A stretch of 64,000 nucleotides of DNA from Dicyema japonicum. Taxonomy: Eukaryota > Animalia > Dicyemida. The stretch covers positions 496,001 through 560,000 of the forward strand of contig RDEW01000003.1 of NCBI GenBank assembly GCA_011109175.1, given 5' to 3'. The translations under genes were made by a program, and so were the position numbers. Below the pieces are notes generated by a model. It had not been told where the DNA came from, ran no database searches, and worked only from the letters and a program-made list of their open reading frames with translations. Below, piece by piece: positions 1-11,824 of this stretch (positions are counted from its first letter, which is position 1; each line of letters opens with the position of its first letter).

Positions 1-30
1 ATAAAGTGTGTCCTGCCCAGTGGAGGTTTA
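1..30 (+). mobile_element. 3' portion of SINE family A (runs off window start)
   Basis: ataaagtgtgtcctgcc matches the 3' region of the full SINE-A copies at 28905-29215 and 42765-43075. Confidence 0.55.
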
Positions 31-194
31 ATCGTGAAATCATGTGTATCACTCTACGAAAGGGTTATTTTATTATTGAACTTCAAATTTATGAATCGTG
101 CTCAATCCCATCTTTTTTTTCCTTTAATTTCAAACATACCGTGAGGTCCTCTTAGAAAAAAACCCACACTTTACGCGATAGCCATATTACCTAT

Positions 195-385
195 AAACAG
201 AGTCCTTCCGGAACCAGCTTGCAGTTGTGGAAACCCCTCCATGGAGTGGGGGAGAGCAAATGATCATTTTTCTTGCCAGCCTGGCACAGGTGGATCACAT
301 GACGCCATTCTAGTAGGAAGGACAAAACATGCAGAAACTTCAACCAATTAGCCACGTAGCTCCACGTGGCGATATAGTCCATGTG
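195..385 (-). mobile_element. SINE family B copy (partial)
   Basis: Shares gcagttgtggaaacccctcca..gagcaaatga..ggtggatcacatgacgcca..aaacttcaaccaattagccacg with the copies at 13657-14230 and 51230-51542. Confidence 0.8.
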
Positions 386-513
386 TGTTTGGCCTTTTTT
401 TTAAAGTAATTTTTAGATAAAAAAATATTTAAGATAACTTATATTGTAAAAAAAATAATCAAATATTATAATATTAAAAATTATATTAGTCCCCAAAAAA
501 ATTAATGTTAGAG

Positions 514-2634
514 TTATAGACCAGCTAAATAAGCAGCCCTATTCGAAACCCCGGGAATATTCGAATTGGACGAAAGATACCGTCTCATACCTAAGCGTTT
601 GTCAATTATATTTTTTATATAAATTATGTTGTCTGGGAATTGTCCCCCACCACATCCATTTAAAATTTGAAAACATTCTGAATTAGGTTCACCAATTTCA
701 CTGTTGCTTTCAGATAAACCACCATTTAATTCAGCGTGTTGTTCAGAAAGTTGCTCCAAAAATGTTTCTTCCTGAACTGCTTCTTGATTTTGATTATCTT
801 TCCCGCCAAAGTCACTGTGATTCTCTGATTGACGAGTGTTATCTTGATCAGCGTTTTCCGCTTGAGGTGGAGCATTTTCTTGGAGTTTGCTTTCATTTTT
901 CTGAAAGTAGAAAATACTATTTACTTTATCGTCGGATATTGGGGGTTGTTCGGAAAATGTTTCCTCGCAAACTACTTCTTGATTTCGACTAGTTTCTTCA
1001 GCAAAATCATTCGAATTTTCTAACTGGCGATTGTTGCTCTGATCAGTTTCTTGTGCTCGGGTTTGAGAATCTTCTTGGATTGTGTTTTCGTTTTCCTAAA
1101 AAGTATAAAATTATTGTTTACTTTATCATTTAATATTGGGGGTTGTTCGGAAAATGTTTCCTCGCAAACTACCTCTTGAGTTTGATTAGTTTCCTCGGCA
1201 AAATCATTTTGATTTTCTAATAGACGATTGTATTCTTGATCAGCATTTTCGACTTGGGTTTTAGATTCTTCTCGAAATCCATTTTCATTTTCCTAAAAAT
1301 AGAAAATTCTTTATTCACCTCAGCTATCGATATTGGGGGTTGTTCGGAAAATGTTTCTTCGCAAACTACTTTTTGAGTTTGATTAGTTCCTTCAGCAAAA
1401 TCGTTCGAATTTTCTAACTGGCGATTGTTGTCCTGATCACTTTCTTCTGCTCGAGTTTGAGAATCGTCTTTAAATGTGCTTTCAATTTCCTAAAAGTAGG
1501 AAATATTATTTACTTTATTGTATGATACTGGGGGTTGTTCGGAAAATATTTCCTCGCAAACTACTTGATTTTGACTAGTTTCTTCAGCGAAATCATTTGA
1601 ATTTTCTAACTGACGATTGTTGTCCCGATTAGTTTCTCCTGCTTGAGTTTGAGAATTTTCTGGATTAGCTTCTCCTGCTTGAATTTGGGAATTTTCTGGA
1701 TTAGCTTCTCCTGCTTGAATTTGGGAATCTTCTGGATTAGCTTCTTCGGCTCGAGTTTGAGAATCTTCTGGATTAGTTCCTTCAGCAAAATCATTTGAAT
1801 TTTCTAACTGACGATCGTTGTCTTGATGAGTTTCTTCGCCTTGAGTTGGAAAATCTCTTTCGGGTGCATTTCCATTTTCCTTAAAAGTAGAAAAATATTA
1901 TTTACTTTATCGTTTGATACTGGGGGTTGTTCTGAAAACATTTCTTCGCAAACTACTTCTTGAGTTTGATAAGTCTCTTCGGCAAAATCATTTTGATTTT
2001 CTAATTGACGATTGTATTCTTGGTCAGCATTTTCGATTTGGGTTTTAGATCTTCTTGGAGTGCGTTTTCATTTTCCTGAAAAGTATAAAATTATTATTCA
2101 CTTCAGCTTTAGATCTGGAGGTTGGTTCGAAAATGTTTCTTCGCAGACTACTTCTTGAGTTTGATAGGTTTCCTCAGCAAAATCATTTTGATTTTCAAAT
2201 TGACGATTGTTGTCCTGATCAGTTTCCTCGGCTTGGGTTGGAGATTCTTTTTTGGATGAATTTTCATTTCCTTGATACTGCCCATTTATTTTTACTTCTT
2301 CCTGAAACTTTGATGTTTGTCCTTCGCATCCTTTCGTCTCATCTTCCATAGAATTTGATGCAACGTTGACTTCTCGCTGAATTCGTAGTGAAATCGTATT
2401 TTTTTGACTTTTCAGAAACTTCTTTACTTTTTTTTCATCCATTTTTTTCGTGTTAGTACCATTGATCGCTAATATTTTATCTCCAATTTTCAATCCAGCT
2501 TTATCTGCTTGTCCTTCACGTTCTATTGTTCTAATATAATGACCTATGCCTTCCTTCCTTGAGTCTATAGTAAATCCACAAAAATCGGGTTTTTGAATTA
2601 TTTGTAAATCAAAACACCTAGTCGCAGTAATCAT
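514..2634 (-). CDS. PDZ-domain protein with a long acidic Glu/Gln/Asn-rich tandem-repeat tail (about 7 x 57 aa), 6 micro-introns
   Basis: N-terminal PDZ fold (CGFTIDSRKEGIGHYIRTIEREGQADKAGLKIGDKILAING). Removing GT-AG introns at 2076-2101, 1880-1905, 1490-1513, 1293-1318, 1096-1121 and 901-924 gives an open frame from about 2045 to the TAA at 514-516. Two 1-nt deletions relative to the repeat consensus flank the first intron. Confidence 0.8.
760..2230 (-). repeat. Tandem array of about 197-bp units (171-nt exon + 24-26-nt intron) with an internal 36-bp sub-array at about 1620-1790
   Basis: The motif ggggttgttcggaaaatgtttc recurs at about 939, 1137, 1334, 1529, 1921 and 2118, giving spacings of 195-198 bp and one 392-bp interval that contains the 36-bp repeats. 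Confidence 0.95.
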
Positions 2635-3049
2635 TTTGATTGTTATTTTATTGTTATATTTAAAAATTTATATTTTTTTAAATTTATTAATTAAAATTAA
2701 ATTTAATTAATTATTAAAGTATTATCGTGATCTATTTCATTAGTACGTGCTTGTAAAATTAGAGTATTTGCAAAAAAATAAATAAAATGTTGATGAATCT
2801 GAAAGTCAGTTTTCATCATTAAATTAAGGACAAACACGTGGTTGACGACTGTAAAGTCTGAACTTTCTTGTTTAAGTAATTTTTCAAAATAGTTTGAATT
2901 TTGAACAAATTGACCGCATATTAAATATGAGACAAAAAACATAGGAATTTAAATATTTTATTTAATAGTCGGAATTTTTGTAATACATTGACCGCACAAC
3001 ACAAAAAGCAAAAGATTTCCTCCAATTTTTAGTAATGAATTAATTAGAT

Positions 3050-3270
3050 TTGTCATGAGACGCCGAGAGATCAAAACGTGCATAATACGCGGTCCTACCC
3101 GATGATTTTTTGTTTGTCCCGCTCTCAATTGAAACTTTAGGTTCCCTTGCGCCTTCGACGCTGGAATTCCTGGGTCGTCTAGGGAATCAGATTTATTCAC
3201 TAACAGGAGATCTCCGTGAGTGCTAATGGTAGAGCGAATCTCGTTCGCCATCGTTAGAGGGAATAGCGAC
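3050..3270 (+). mobile_element. CRE-type non-LTR retrotransposon relic (restriction-like endonuclease C-terminus)
   Basis: Translates with stops to FLFVPLSIETLGSLAPSTLEFLGRLG..TGDLRE..ISFAIVRGNS, homologous to the ORF at 38145-38912. Confidence 0.75.
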
Positions 3271-4262
3271 CCAGTCAGGTCGGCTACTGTATAACCCCGG
3301 TTAGTTGTCTTTTTGGTAAATTAATTAAATCGATCTGCCGATATGCCTCTCTAACATAATGTCGTAAAAAGGTCTCCCATCTACATTTCTTGCCTTCCTG
3401 ATTCGTTTACTAGACATTTGTCCTTTCTCTATCGATGTCATAACTCATTCAATATACCAGGTATCTTAGTGGTTATTATTGTTGTTTTTGTCACGATTAG
3501 CTGTGGTTTAATTCACACCGCTTCCTATCTGCTCGAAGGATTCTGCTCAGTTCCGTGCCTTCTTCAAATCCTCAGTTCTTCTACCTGGCTCAGCTGATGC
3601 CCAGTTCCTGGTCGGCGTCTAAAAAGTATATAGTAAACTCGTCTTAACGGCCAAATTTTACTGAAAATCCCCAAATCATACAGCAAACTCCTCTTACTAC
3701 CAACTGTAACAAGTTAACTGGAACCGCTTGACAAGGGGATAATTAAATTGGTAAAAATACCGTTTGAAGACGCCATGATATATTTGAGCTTTGCTTGGAA
3801 AGAAACCTGCCCAAACACCATGATTTAATCTTGCCAAATAGTGCAATGAAGAAATTTCTCACTACTGATGAACAGTGTTGAGAATTATAGTGATTTTGCT
3901 TTAAGGCCCAAATTAGTAGATCCTATGGCAGAAGAAAAGGATTTAATATCGAATTTGGGGATATTCTTTTAGAAAAACTTGAAGTAGAAATTGCTGTATT
4001 GCCAAAAGCAATAAATTTAATGTGTGCCATGGAATATTTGATGATTTTTCAGAACTTCGCCTTTTTTGTTAGTCTCCAGGTGAGTGTGTCGCTGTCAACA
4101 ATCTGGCTCCGAATAGCTGTCCACACACGTGGCGTCCCAAACGACTTATTTACCGTGGAGCATGGAAAATGACACCACATCTGGCCTATTCCCATCGCCT
4201 TTGTTTAAGCCTTTCATTTAAATTATTGCAAATTCAAACAAAAAATAAAAAGCAAAATTAAC

Positions 4263-6041
4263 TCACAAATAATTACAATCAAACAATATTTGATTAATCC
4301 CGTCATAAAAAATGGCTGGTTTGGCGGGCTCAAACTGTTTTGTTAGCAATTTAATAATCTCACAGCATATGATCCCCCCAAACAAGGAATCAACAGAATG
4401 TACGACAACCCCCTCAAATCATCACTAATCATTAAACAACGACTACAAATATCTCCTCATCTCCCCTAAAATACCATCTTCCACCTATCAATAATCCATA
4501 AACAAACAAATTCTCCAACCCCCAGATAAGTGAGGAAACAACGATATAACCTCTCCTGGCAGTCCTTATGGTCTACACGTGACCGCAACAAGAACCATCA
4601 CCAATTAATTTTTGACTCCCAAGAGAGGGGGTTGACTTGAATATGAGTCCACGTGACTGCTTACCTAAGGGAATAAAAAGTAATAGAACAGATAACTCCG
4701 ACCAGGTCATCGACGTCAGTTGACATATTCTGGGGGTAACAAAAAACCCAACGATATTATGACCCCCAATGAGTCTCTTGACTATGTTTGATACGCAATT
4801 AAAGTCATCTTTGGCCTTCTCTGAATATACTTTTCTTAGTTTGACGAAATGTGGAGTCTCCGAGATCATATCAGGGAGTTCCCCATCATGAGGCAGAAAT
4901 CCTGTAGTGATGAACCAATAAACCTGTGGTGGAATAAAATTCGTTAAGGGCACTCAAAATGTACCAGAATATGTCACAATGCTTGTTTTGCTGTATTTCA
5001 GTCCGAGACCTCTTCAGTAAGTCGTCAAAGTCATCCGAAATCTCCATTATAACCAATATGGACCGTATATGGGATAAGTGACCCCACAAATTCATTTTGA
5101 GCTTGTAGAATACATTCAGGGTCAATTTTTGTGGTGAATTGGACTACAATGAGAACAGACACAACAGTTGGCTATGAACTGCTTGAAAGTCCTCAAATCA
5201 CAGGGTATTTGTCCGTGATGCTCAATCTTCCACAGTTCGACACATTTATAGACGATTACAATCCATGGAATTGCCTCCAATTCCTAAATTTGTATATTTA
5301 TGACTTTGTCGTTTAAGGGGGTAAAATCGTCAAAGTACTCCTTCAGTTCAGCGAATGGATTTAACAACCGAAAATCAGGAATTCTGTGCATTCTGTTACT
5401 TTGGTATACAAAATGTTCAGGGTATGTAAATCTAACCAAACCAAATGGACCACGTGTGTGACAAACCACCAGGTATATATTCTTTTCATACAAAATATCG
5501 CTCAATTCGGCCAATAGTCTAGAAAAATAGGCATCATAAGGGTACTCTTTATTTATCGTTTGTGTCACCACAAGAACACTTGCTTTGTCAATAATTTCCC
5601 GCCTTTTAATAAAATTTGAAAAATTCTCAAATTATAAAAACAAGATGACCATTTGAAATACATTAATAACAACATCATTGTTTAGTTCTTTTAAGTTAAG
5701 CGAAATCTCCGAGGCTCGAGACTAATTGTAATCACAAGTGAGAAACCTTCCCCAAACTGGAGAGACTGAGGAAAAAACTACAATAGTAAAACGTAAAACT
5801 TATTATTGACGTCTTCAGAGGTGGCAGTTACATCATCGACAATCCCTATGTGACCAATTCCTGCTTAATATTAATTATAATACCAGCTAATATAAGATTC
5901 TTCAGTATTTCAGAGGCCAAAGTGTTTGACCCCATCACAATGCAGTGGGACTGTCTCAGTGCAACCTGTCCCCAAGTACCCCATATTCTATTGTTATTTA
6001 ATTGACCACCGAATCTGTCTATCATATTTATCCCCACTCAT
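4263..6041 (-). CDS. NAE1: NEDD8-activating enzyme E1 regulatory subunit (APPBP1/ULA1), multi-exon
   Basis: Spliced start MSGDKYDRQIRIWGTWGQVALRQSHCIVMGSNTLASEILKNLILAGIG; internal DFRLLNPFAEL, PYDAY and GELPDMISETPHFVKLRKVYSEKAKDD; end FGGIICCEIIKLLTKQFEP..YDGINQ..TGA. The internal exon structure is only partly resolved. Confidence 0.9.
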
Positions 6042-6149
6042 GGTTTGACACATTATTTAAATTTATAATATAAATTATAAAAATTTTAATTTATAAATTA
6101 AACTAAAACGTCTTCGATCACAAGAAAAGGACAGACGTCCTCCGATAGT

Positions 6150-6290
6150 CTTAGATTCCGTGGACGACCAAGGACCGTTCTACCGATAATCCTGGACGAG
6201 AGCCTCCAAAAAGGAAGAAGACATAGACAAACTAATGGAACTTGTTTGTGACAAAAACAAATGGAGGAGGATAACGTTGTCGTTTCTTCA
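6150..6290 (+). mobile_element. RTE-clade LINE 3' relic
   Basis: RFRGRPRTVLPIILDE..LMELVCDKNKWRR resembles the C-termini of the RTE ORFs at 30776 and 50256. Confidence 0.6.
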
Positions 6291-6599
6291 CGGAATCCGC
6301 GTTTTACACAACGGAAATGGTATCTTTGTTAGCCTTACATTTTGGCGTATTACTCATTGCATTAAAGGAACTTCGATCGGTAAAAGTTAGGCAGCAGACG
6401 TCCCTGAAGCTTGTTAGCTTTTGATGGCGTTAATAGAAACCGGTCTTGGATGGTTAAATGCGAGACTGAGTGAACTCAATTTTCGGAATTCGAACGATGC
6501 GATCCTTATCACTGAGGATATGTATGATTCTCCTCTGGAAGCCGATATTGATTAGATGCCAATAACGACGTGCGTCAACTTGTCACTAGGTCTTGTACT

Positions 6600-6745
6600 A
6601 TTATTTCATTTATATAAGAAATTCAAAGATCACCGAGAAGGAAGGTGATCCAATTGACCCCCGCCTGCGATCCTACTGTCTTCGAGAGTGTCTTCTCGAA
6701 TTTCTGCAGATGAACTCAATCGGCGCGTTCTTCATGACTAATGTC
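6600..6745 (-). mobile_element. LINE 3' end relic with terminal stem-loop
   Basis: The minus strand reads GGATCACC-ttccttctc-GGTGATC (6628-6651), the shared LINE/SINE 3' hairpin. Confidence 0.5.
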
Positions 6746-7255
6746 TTTTAAAATAAATTTAAAAATTATAAATTGTAACATTTCTTACAAAATTAAAAAA
6801 CTTAAAATATTATTAATAATTTAACTAGATTAAAATTTTATAATTTTCCCCACTTGAGGGTTTATTACTAAAAATTTCATTATTACTATTAAAATGATAA
6901 AATCTCTCCAAAATCGAGGTTTTTCCCCGCAAATAAGATTACTAACCCAGTTTAGCCAACATGTAGGAAACTGGCAACCTTCAAAACGCCCCGCTATGAC
7001 AAAACGTTCTAGAGATCCATGTTTTATAGTCGAATTTATTTTTTATTTAATTAAAAACAAAAATCATCGCTAAGTTAGGGGAAACATAGTAACTGGGTGA
7101 TTCCAGCTTCTCTTAGAAGCCTTCTCAACTTTTCTCGATGTTTTCCCGGGACCCTACGCACTAGTCTTTATAATTGGAAATGATTATTTATTTTTGACTA
7201 TAATTATAAAAAATATTATAAATATTATTGATTATTATTTTAAATTTAGTTGTAA

Positions 7256-7583
7256 ATGTCAGCGAGGAGGTATCTAAAAAAGAAAGATTCTTGAAAAGAA
7301 AAAGCTAATTTTTGCAATTTACGAGAGTGGCGGTGATTGGAGACCACTTGCACGAACTATCGGAATTAACATGCCCACTGCTTATCGATGGATAAGGGAA
7401 GGAAATAAGGTCGACACAAGAGGAGGAATGAGACATCGTAAGCTTGAGGATGATCACATAAAATTCTTATCAGACAAAGTAATTCAAAATCCAAAGATTT
7501 CTCTCAAAACTCTACGAAACGAAATTTTTGATAATTTTCAACTAAGCGTGTCTTGTGAGTGTATAAGAAAACACTTGAAATAA
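7256..7583 (+). pseudogene. Tc1/IS630-like transposase N-terminal DNA-binding (HTH) region only
   Basis: IYESGGDWRPLARTIGINMPTAYRWIREG..RGGMRHRKLEDDH..NPKISLKTLR..F.LSVSCECIRKHL. A 1-nt frameshift lies in an A-run after the ATG at 7256, and no DDE domain follows. Confidence 0.7.
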
Positions 7584-8659
7584 TTTATTATTTTTTGTAA
7601 AATTAAACTTCCAAAATGTTACATATTAGTAAGTAGCCCGTGATCCTTTTACGATTTGTAAGGGAGTGTCATCACCCTTTCTTGGCTCCTTTTCCGCTAC
7701 CGACGGTCCATTGGCACTAGGAAAAGACTGATTTGGGTCCTAGAATCTCCGAGGTTTCGTCCTGAAGGTGCGCAAAACAAACTTTTCTCTCAGAAGGTTG
7801 CGTATTTTTTTCTTTGGTGGTATCGGTTTTCGCTGAGGCCTATCCTGGAGTGGCTGTCATCGTGAGGTTGGAAAGAGAAGTCATCACACAAGTGGCGTCC
7901 AGACCATGTATTCATTATTCATAATTTTGCACAGATCCACTCAAGATTTGGGTTCCTCCTCTCCCCCGGTAGAGATAAACAGGGTGCATGTCGAACTAGC
8001 GGCTGATATTAGGGCTCTTGCCTCTTTCCGCTATATCCGGGGTTATTATGTTTTTAACGTTGACGTAGACTAACTCCATTCGAGGCTCGTGCTACGGGAG
8101 CTCTAATGTCATATCCTAAGCTTCCAAGCGTAACCCGAAAGTACATAGTGTACGCCAGACCGTGGGATGAACACCGGGAAAGTTGAGATACTTAGTGAAG
8201 CTGGGATAACCATTCCTCCTAATTTGTCGGTGATTTTTGGTTTTCATAATAAAACTTCCGCACATACCTGGGGTTGGGTTGTACTTTGGATTATTGAAGA
8301 CCATAATAGGTGGAGGTAGATTTACAAAATACCCATGACCTGTCAGATTGATTATTTAACGTTTCCATGCCATTAAACAGCCAAGCGACGGAAACGTGGA
8401 ATTTATTGACATGTAATCAATATGGCTTTCCACAGAGAGGGTCATACTTCAGTGATAAAGTTCGTATTCCTTGAATCATTCTGGAATCCGAGGTCACCCG
8501 GTCGCCTCAATACGATCAATGACCCGTTTTATGAGCGTCACCAAATCCTTGGTATCAACAAGCTTATATGCCACCTGACATTTATGGAAACGAAGCTCCT
8601 TTAATGGGATGATTAATACACCAAAATTCAAGACTAAGAAGCACAGTGGAAAGCCAAGC

Positions 8660-8850
8660 TAATGTGGTGTTATGTGGCTACTTGATTGGAGATTTTTGTT
8701 TGTTTCTTCTGTTCCTCCTCTTCCCTTTCTAATGGAGTAGCGCCATTTGATCCATCTGTCTCAGGTGGCGTCGTTTGCTAGGGTGACACAAAAAGGATCA
8801 TTTACTCTGTCCATTCCACTGGAGGTGTTCCAACAATGGACGTCTTCCAC
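8660..8850 (+). mobile_element. SINE family B copy (diverged)
   Basis: gtggctacttgattgg..ctgttcctcctc..gatccatctgtctcaggtggcgtc..aggatcatttactct..ccactggaggtgttcc aligns to the SINE-B reverse complement. Confidence 0.7.
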
Positions 8851-8929
8851 CTTTAATAATCCAAACTTAGGGAGCACTAGCACTTTAAGAAGTAAAGGAC
8901 ATAAATTAATCCAAGACATCGGGTGTTCT

Positions 8930-9010
8930 TAACTTCTTGTTGTTTTTGCTCGTGTGTGAGTCCCTAAGGCAATCTGGTTCCGTGGTGATCAATACTGACG
9001 ACGGCGTCCC
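8930..9010 (-). mobile_element. SINE family A internal fragment
   Basis: The reverse complement gacgccgtcgtcagt..actcacacacgagcaaaaacaacaagaagt matches the SINE-A body. Confidence 0.55.
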
Positions 9011-9199
9011 TGTCAATCCCATAAATATTCATTATCTCTCCCTTATCGCCCTTCCTTGCATCAGAGTCAGTCACATCTCCTCTTCCAGCTTCTAATGGGA
9101 TAACATTATGAGTAAAGAACAATATAGTTTATCAGGGAATCATGACACTGTGCCATTCCGCTAGAATTACTAAGCGGAAAATATATTTATTTAGCACAG

Positions 9200-9730
9200 G
9201 TCCCTTCGCCTTAAAGAAACTGCTGAAAAAAAAGTCACAGCCAAGAACGGACGTTCCTAGAGATCCGACAAGTATATTTGGTAGACTGGTTGATGCAATC
9301 GTGTTCCCGGTTTTTCTATACGGCGCAGAATCATAAATACTGAAAAAGGCAGATAGAGGAAAAATTGATGCTTTTGAAATGTGGTGCTGGAGGAGGTTAC
9401 TAAGAATCCTCTGGACTTCCAAAATAACAAACATCGATGTACTCAAACGGGTGGAGACGGACATTTCGCTAGAAGGAAAAATCGTAAAACACAGATTGGC
9501 GTTCTTTGGGCATGTTGTCCACTCTGATTCCCTGAAAAGAACCATTATGCTGAGCAATATTACTGGGAAAAGAAGACCTGGTCGACCGAGTACCCGGTGG
9601 CTATTCACGGTGGAAGACGTCACGGGAATGCTTATATCAAGGCTACTCCAAATTGCAACGGATCGGGAAGAGTGGAAGAAACTCGTTCATTAGACACGAC
9701 TTGATTGGACAACATAACATGCTTGGTTTT
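9200..9730 (+). mobile_element. RTE-clade (BovB/Expander-like) LINE, 5'-truncated RT C-terminus
   Basis: RLVDAIVFPVFLYGAES*..KIDAFEMWCWRRLLRILWT..RLAFFGHV..GKRRPGRPSTRW..ATDREEW, with in-frame stops. Confidence 0.9.
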
Positions 9731-9807
9731 GTGGGAGAATATACGGCTGTTTTAGAATAAGACTAAATAAAAAACAACACAAAATAGTCAAAATATTTAA
9801 TAAAAAA

Positions 9808-10273
9808 TTAATATTTTGGAACTGAAATGTTTTTGGATGCCTTTGATCTTGATATGTACTTTAACTTTTCTTTCCAAACCTCAGAGACTTCTCCAAAGAA
9901 ACAAGGACCAAACTGACAGGAATAAGTCTGTTTGTTTGTGAGACGAGTAAAGTCGGAACGAATAAAGTCAGAATCTCGATTGAAATGAGCCACCAATGAA
10001 ATTACTGATTTAGACGGAAGACTGCATTTGATTACAAAAATAACTATTATTATTTGAGAATTTACTTTCCCTCCGAATATTTCACTCCCAGCTTTTTGAT
10101 TTGGTTTGGCAATTCTCGATGGCCATGATTTTCCATTTTATGCACAATTCCACTTCCTTGGAAAATCAAAGTCGTCGACTTTTTAATTATATCAAACAAT
10201 TCGCTCTTTGGTTACAAAAATTGGTTACTCGATGACCACTTCTTGTTATCAACGACAACTCATAAAACGGCAT
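9808..10273 (-). CDS. MRPS6: Mitochondrial ribosomal protein bS6m
   Basis: MPFYELSLITR..IVHKMENHGHRELPNQI..GNYF-VIKCSLPSKSVISLVAHFNRDSDFIR resembles human MPRYELALILK..LENLGERALPY..GGYFLVDFYAP..HLSRDIDVIR. Introns of 23 and 22 nt; one extra base in the run at 10036-10040. Confidence 0.8.
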
Positions 10274-10894
10274 TACCAATATTTAAATTTTTTATATTAA
10301 TAAAAAATTAATTAAATAAATAATTTATTTAAATAATAACAAAGTAAATAAATCTTAATCTATCCATTCGAATCGATCGAAATCACCTTTTTTCTCTTCT
10401 GAGTTAACTGCTGCTTATCCCTTCTCTAAAATCAAGTCTGTCCTCTTCCCAGCATTCAATGGGGTGTCCTTGGAACTACTACATGCAAGTTCCACAAGTT
10501 GATTGAAAGCAGGGATGAACTCTTCATCAGAGCTCTATTCCATGTTTGTGTTCAGCACTCTTCAGAATTTTCTTCAAACGATTGATTGGATGTCCTCGTC
10601 TCCTCTTCTATAGAAAACTAGGAATATCTGAGATGTTCAGGAGGTCCCGTTCAGACTATCGGTAGTGTAGTCTTGGTTCCAAGAAATCAGGCTCGTTTGA
10701 GGCCATGATGGAGTTTCTGAAATTCAGCCTTGGGCACTTTTACCATTGGGGGAAAATCACTGAAATATTTTACTTACTACTCCAATTCTAAGCACGTGGA
10801 ACTTAAAAAGAACCCCCTCTAGCACCTTATATCCAATGATACTATACTTAGACTGAATGCCATCTTGATATTAACTTAAGTAATTTGATTAATT

Positions 10895-11160
10895 AATCCC
10901 GGATACATCGAGAAGGACAACTAATTAAATGTATCCAGTTCCCATGGTAACAGAGGCAGAGACCTTCCAATATCACTTAAACTTAATCCAGAACCAACGG
11001 AAAGGAAAAACATATCCAGTCCTTGGAGTTGTGTGAACCCCGCAACTACAGTAAAGGACAGGAAATGATCCTTTTTCATACCACCCGGCACCATCCAAGT
11101 AGTCAGTGAGGGGAATTGAGGCAAGGACCAATAGTATAACATCCTAACCACCAAACTACC
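10895..11160 (-). mobile_element. SINE family B copy with intact 3' hairpin tail
   Basis: Plus strand ccccggatacatcgagaaggacaactaattaaatgtatccagttccc, followed by the aaatgatcctttttc body motif. Confidence 0.7.
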
Positions 11161-11231
11161 CGGTAAATTAATTCATAGTAAATATATAACATTTAATATT
11201 AAAATAAATATTTTTTATTAAAAATATAATT

Positions 11232-11824
11232 ATGTCATTGCCATCTGTGTCTGTTGTTCCGGAGATAATTGAATTTTCTGGTCTATTTATTTGAGTGATT
11301 CATAGATGGGTTCAATGTGCCTCAGTCTGCTTCAATAAGGATAACAAACAAATCAAAGTTCGACTCAATACAGTTCAAAGTAAAGACAACGATGCCAAAG
11401 AATTACTGTGTTCGTCCAAATGGTGGTAGTCTGGAGCCACTTGAAAACATTACCTTAAATAGTATTCCTAGGTCACTCAGTTGTAGTCTCTTGGCAGCCA
11501 TGTGACCCCCCTCCAACTACTTATAAGCACAGATTCCTCATTCAATATTTAGTGGCACTCCCCGAAGCCAAGATAAAGTGGGAAGAAGTGTTGAGTAAGG
11601 ATATGAGCCACAAACAGTTCTATGTCAACTTTGATGAGGATGAGAACTTGGATCAGTTAAAAAATGAGTTGAATGACATAGAAAAATCATTGGAAAAGAT
11701 CAGAAAGGAGAATAACATGAGGAAGGAGTCTCTAAATAATATATTAACCCAGCGACCAAGCATCAGCTACAAATATTTGCTTATCTTATGCTTTATCGCC
11801 TTTTTAATTGGGACTTTATTTTAG
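11232..11824 (+). CDS. VAP: VAMP-associated protein (MSP domain, coiled coil, C-terminal TM)
   Basis: FKVKTTMPKNYCVRPNGG (VAP signature FKVKTTAPxxYCVRPNSG), WQP..KHRFLIQ and C-terminal YLLILCFIAFLIGTLF*. Two introns of about 25 nt. Confidence 0.9.

Noticed and set aside
760-2230. CRISPR-like array (also considered for 53215-53685)
   Set aside because: The units are homologous along their whole length, encode protein or lack unique spacers, and the context is eukaryotic with no cas genes.
11462-11486. A 19-nt intron in VAP (gtattcctaggtcactcag)
   Set aside because: The next AG gives a 25-nt intron in the same frame and restores the human spacing between the conserved P and QP, so the record-small intron is unsupported.
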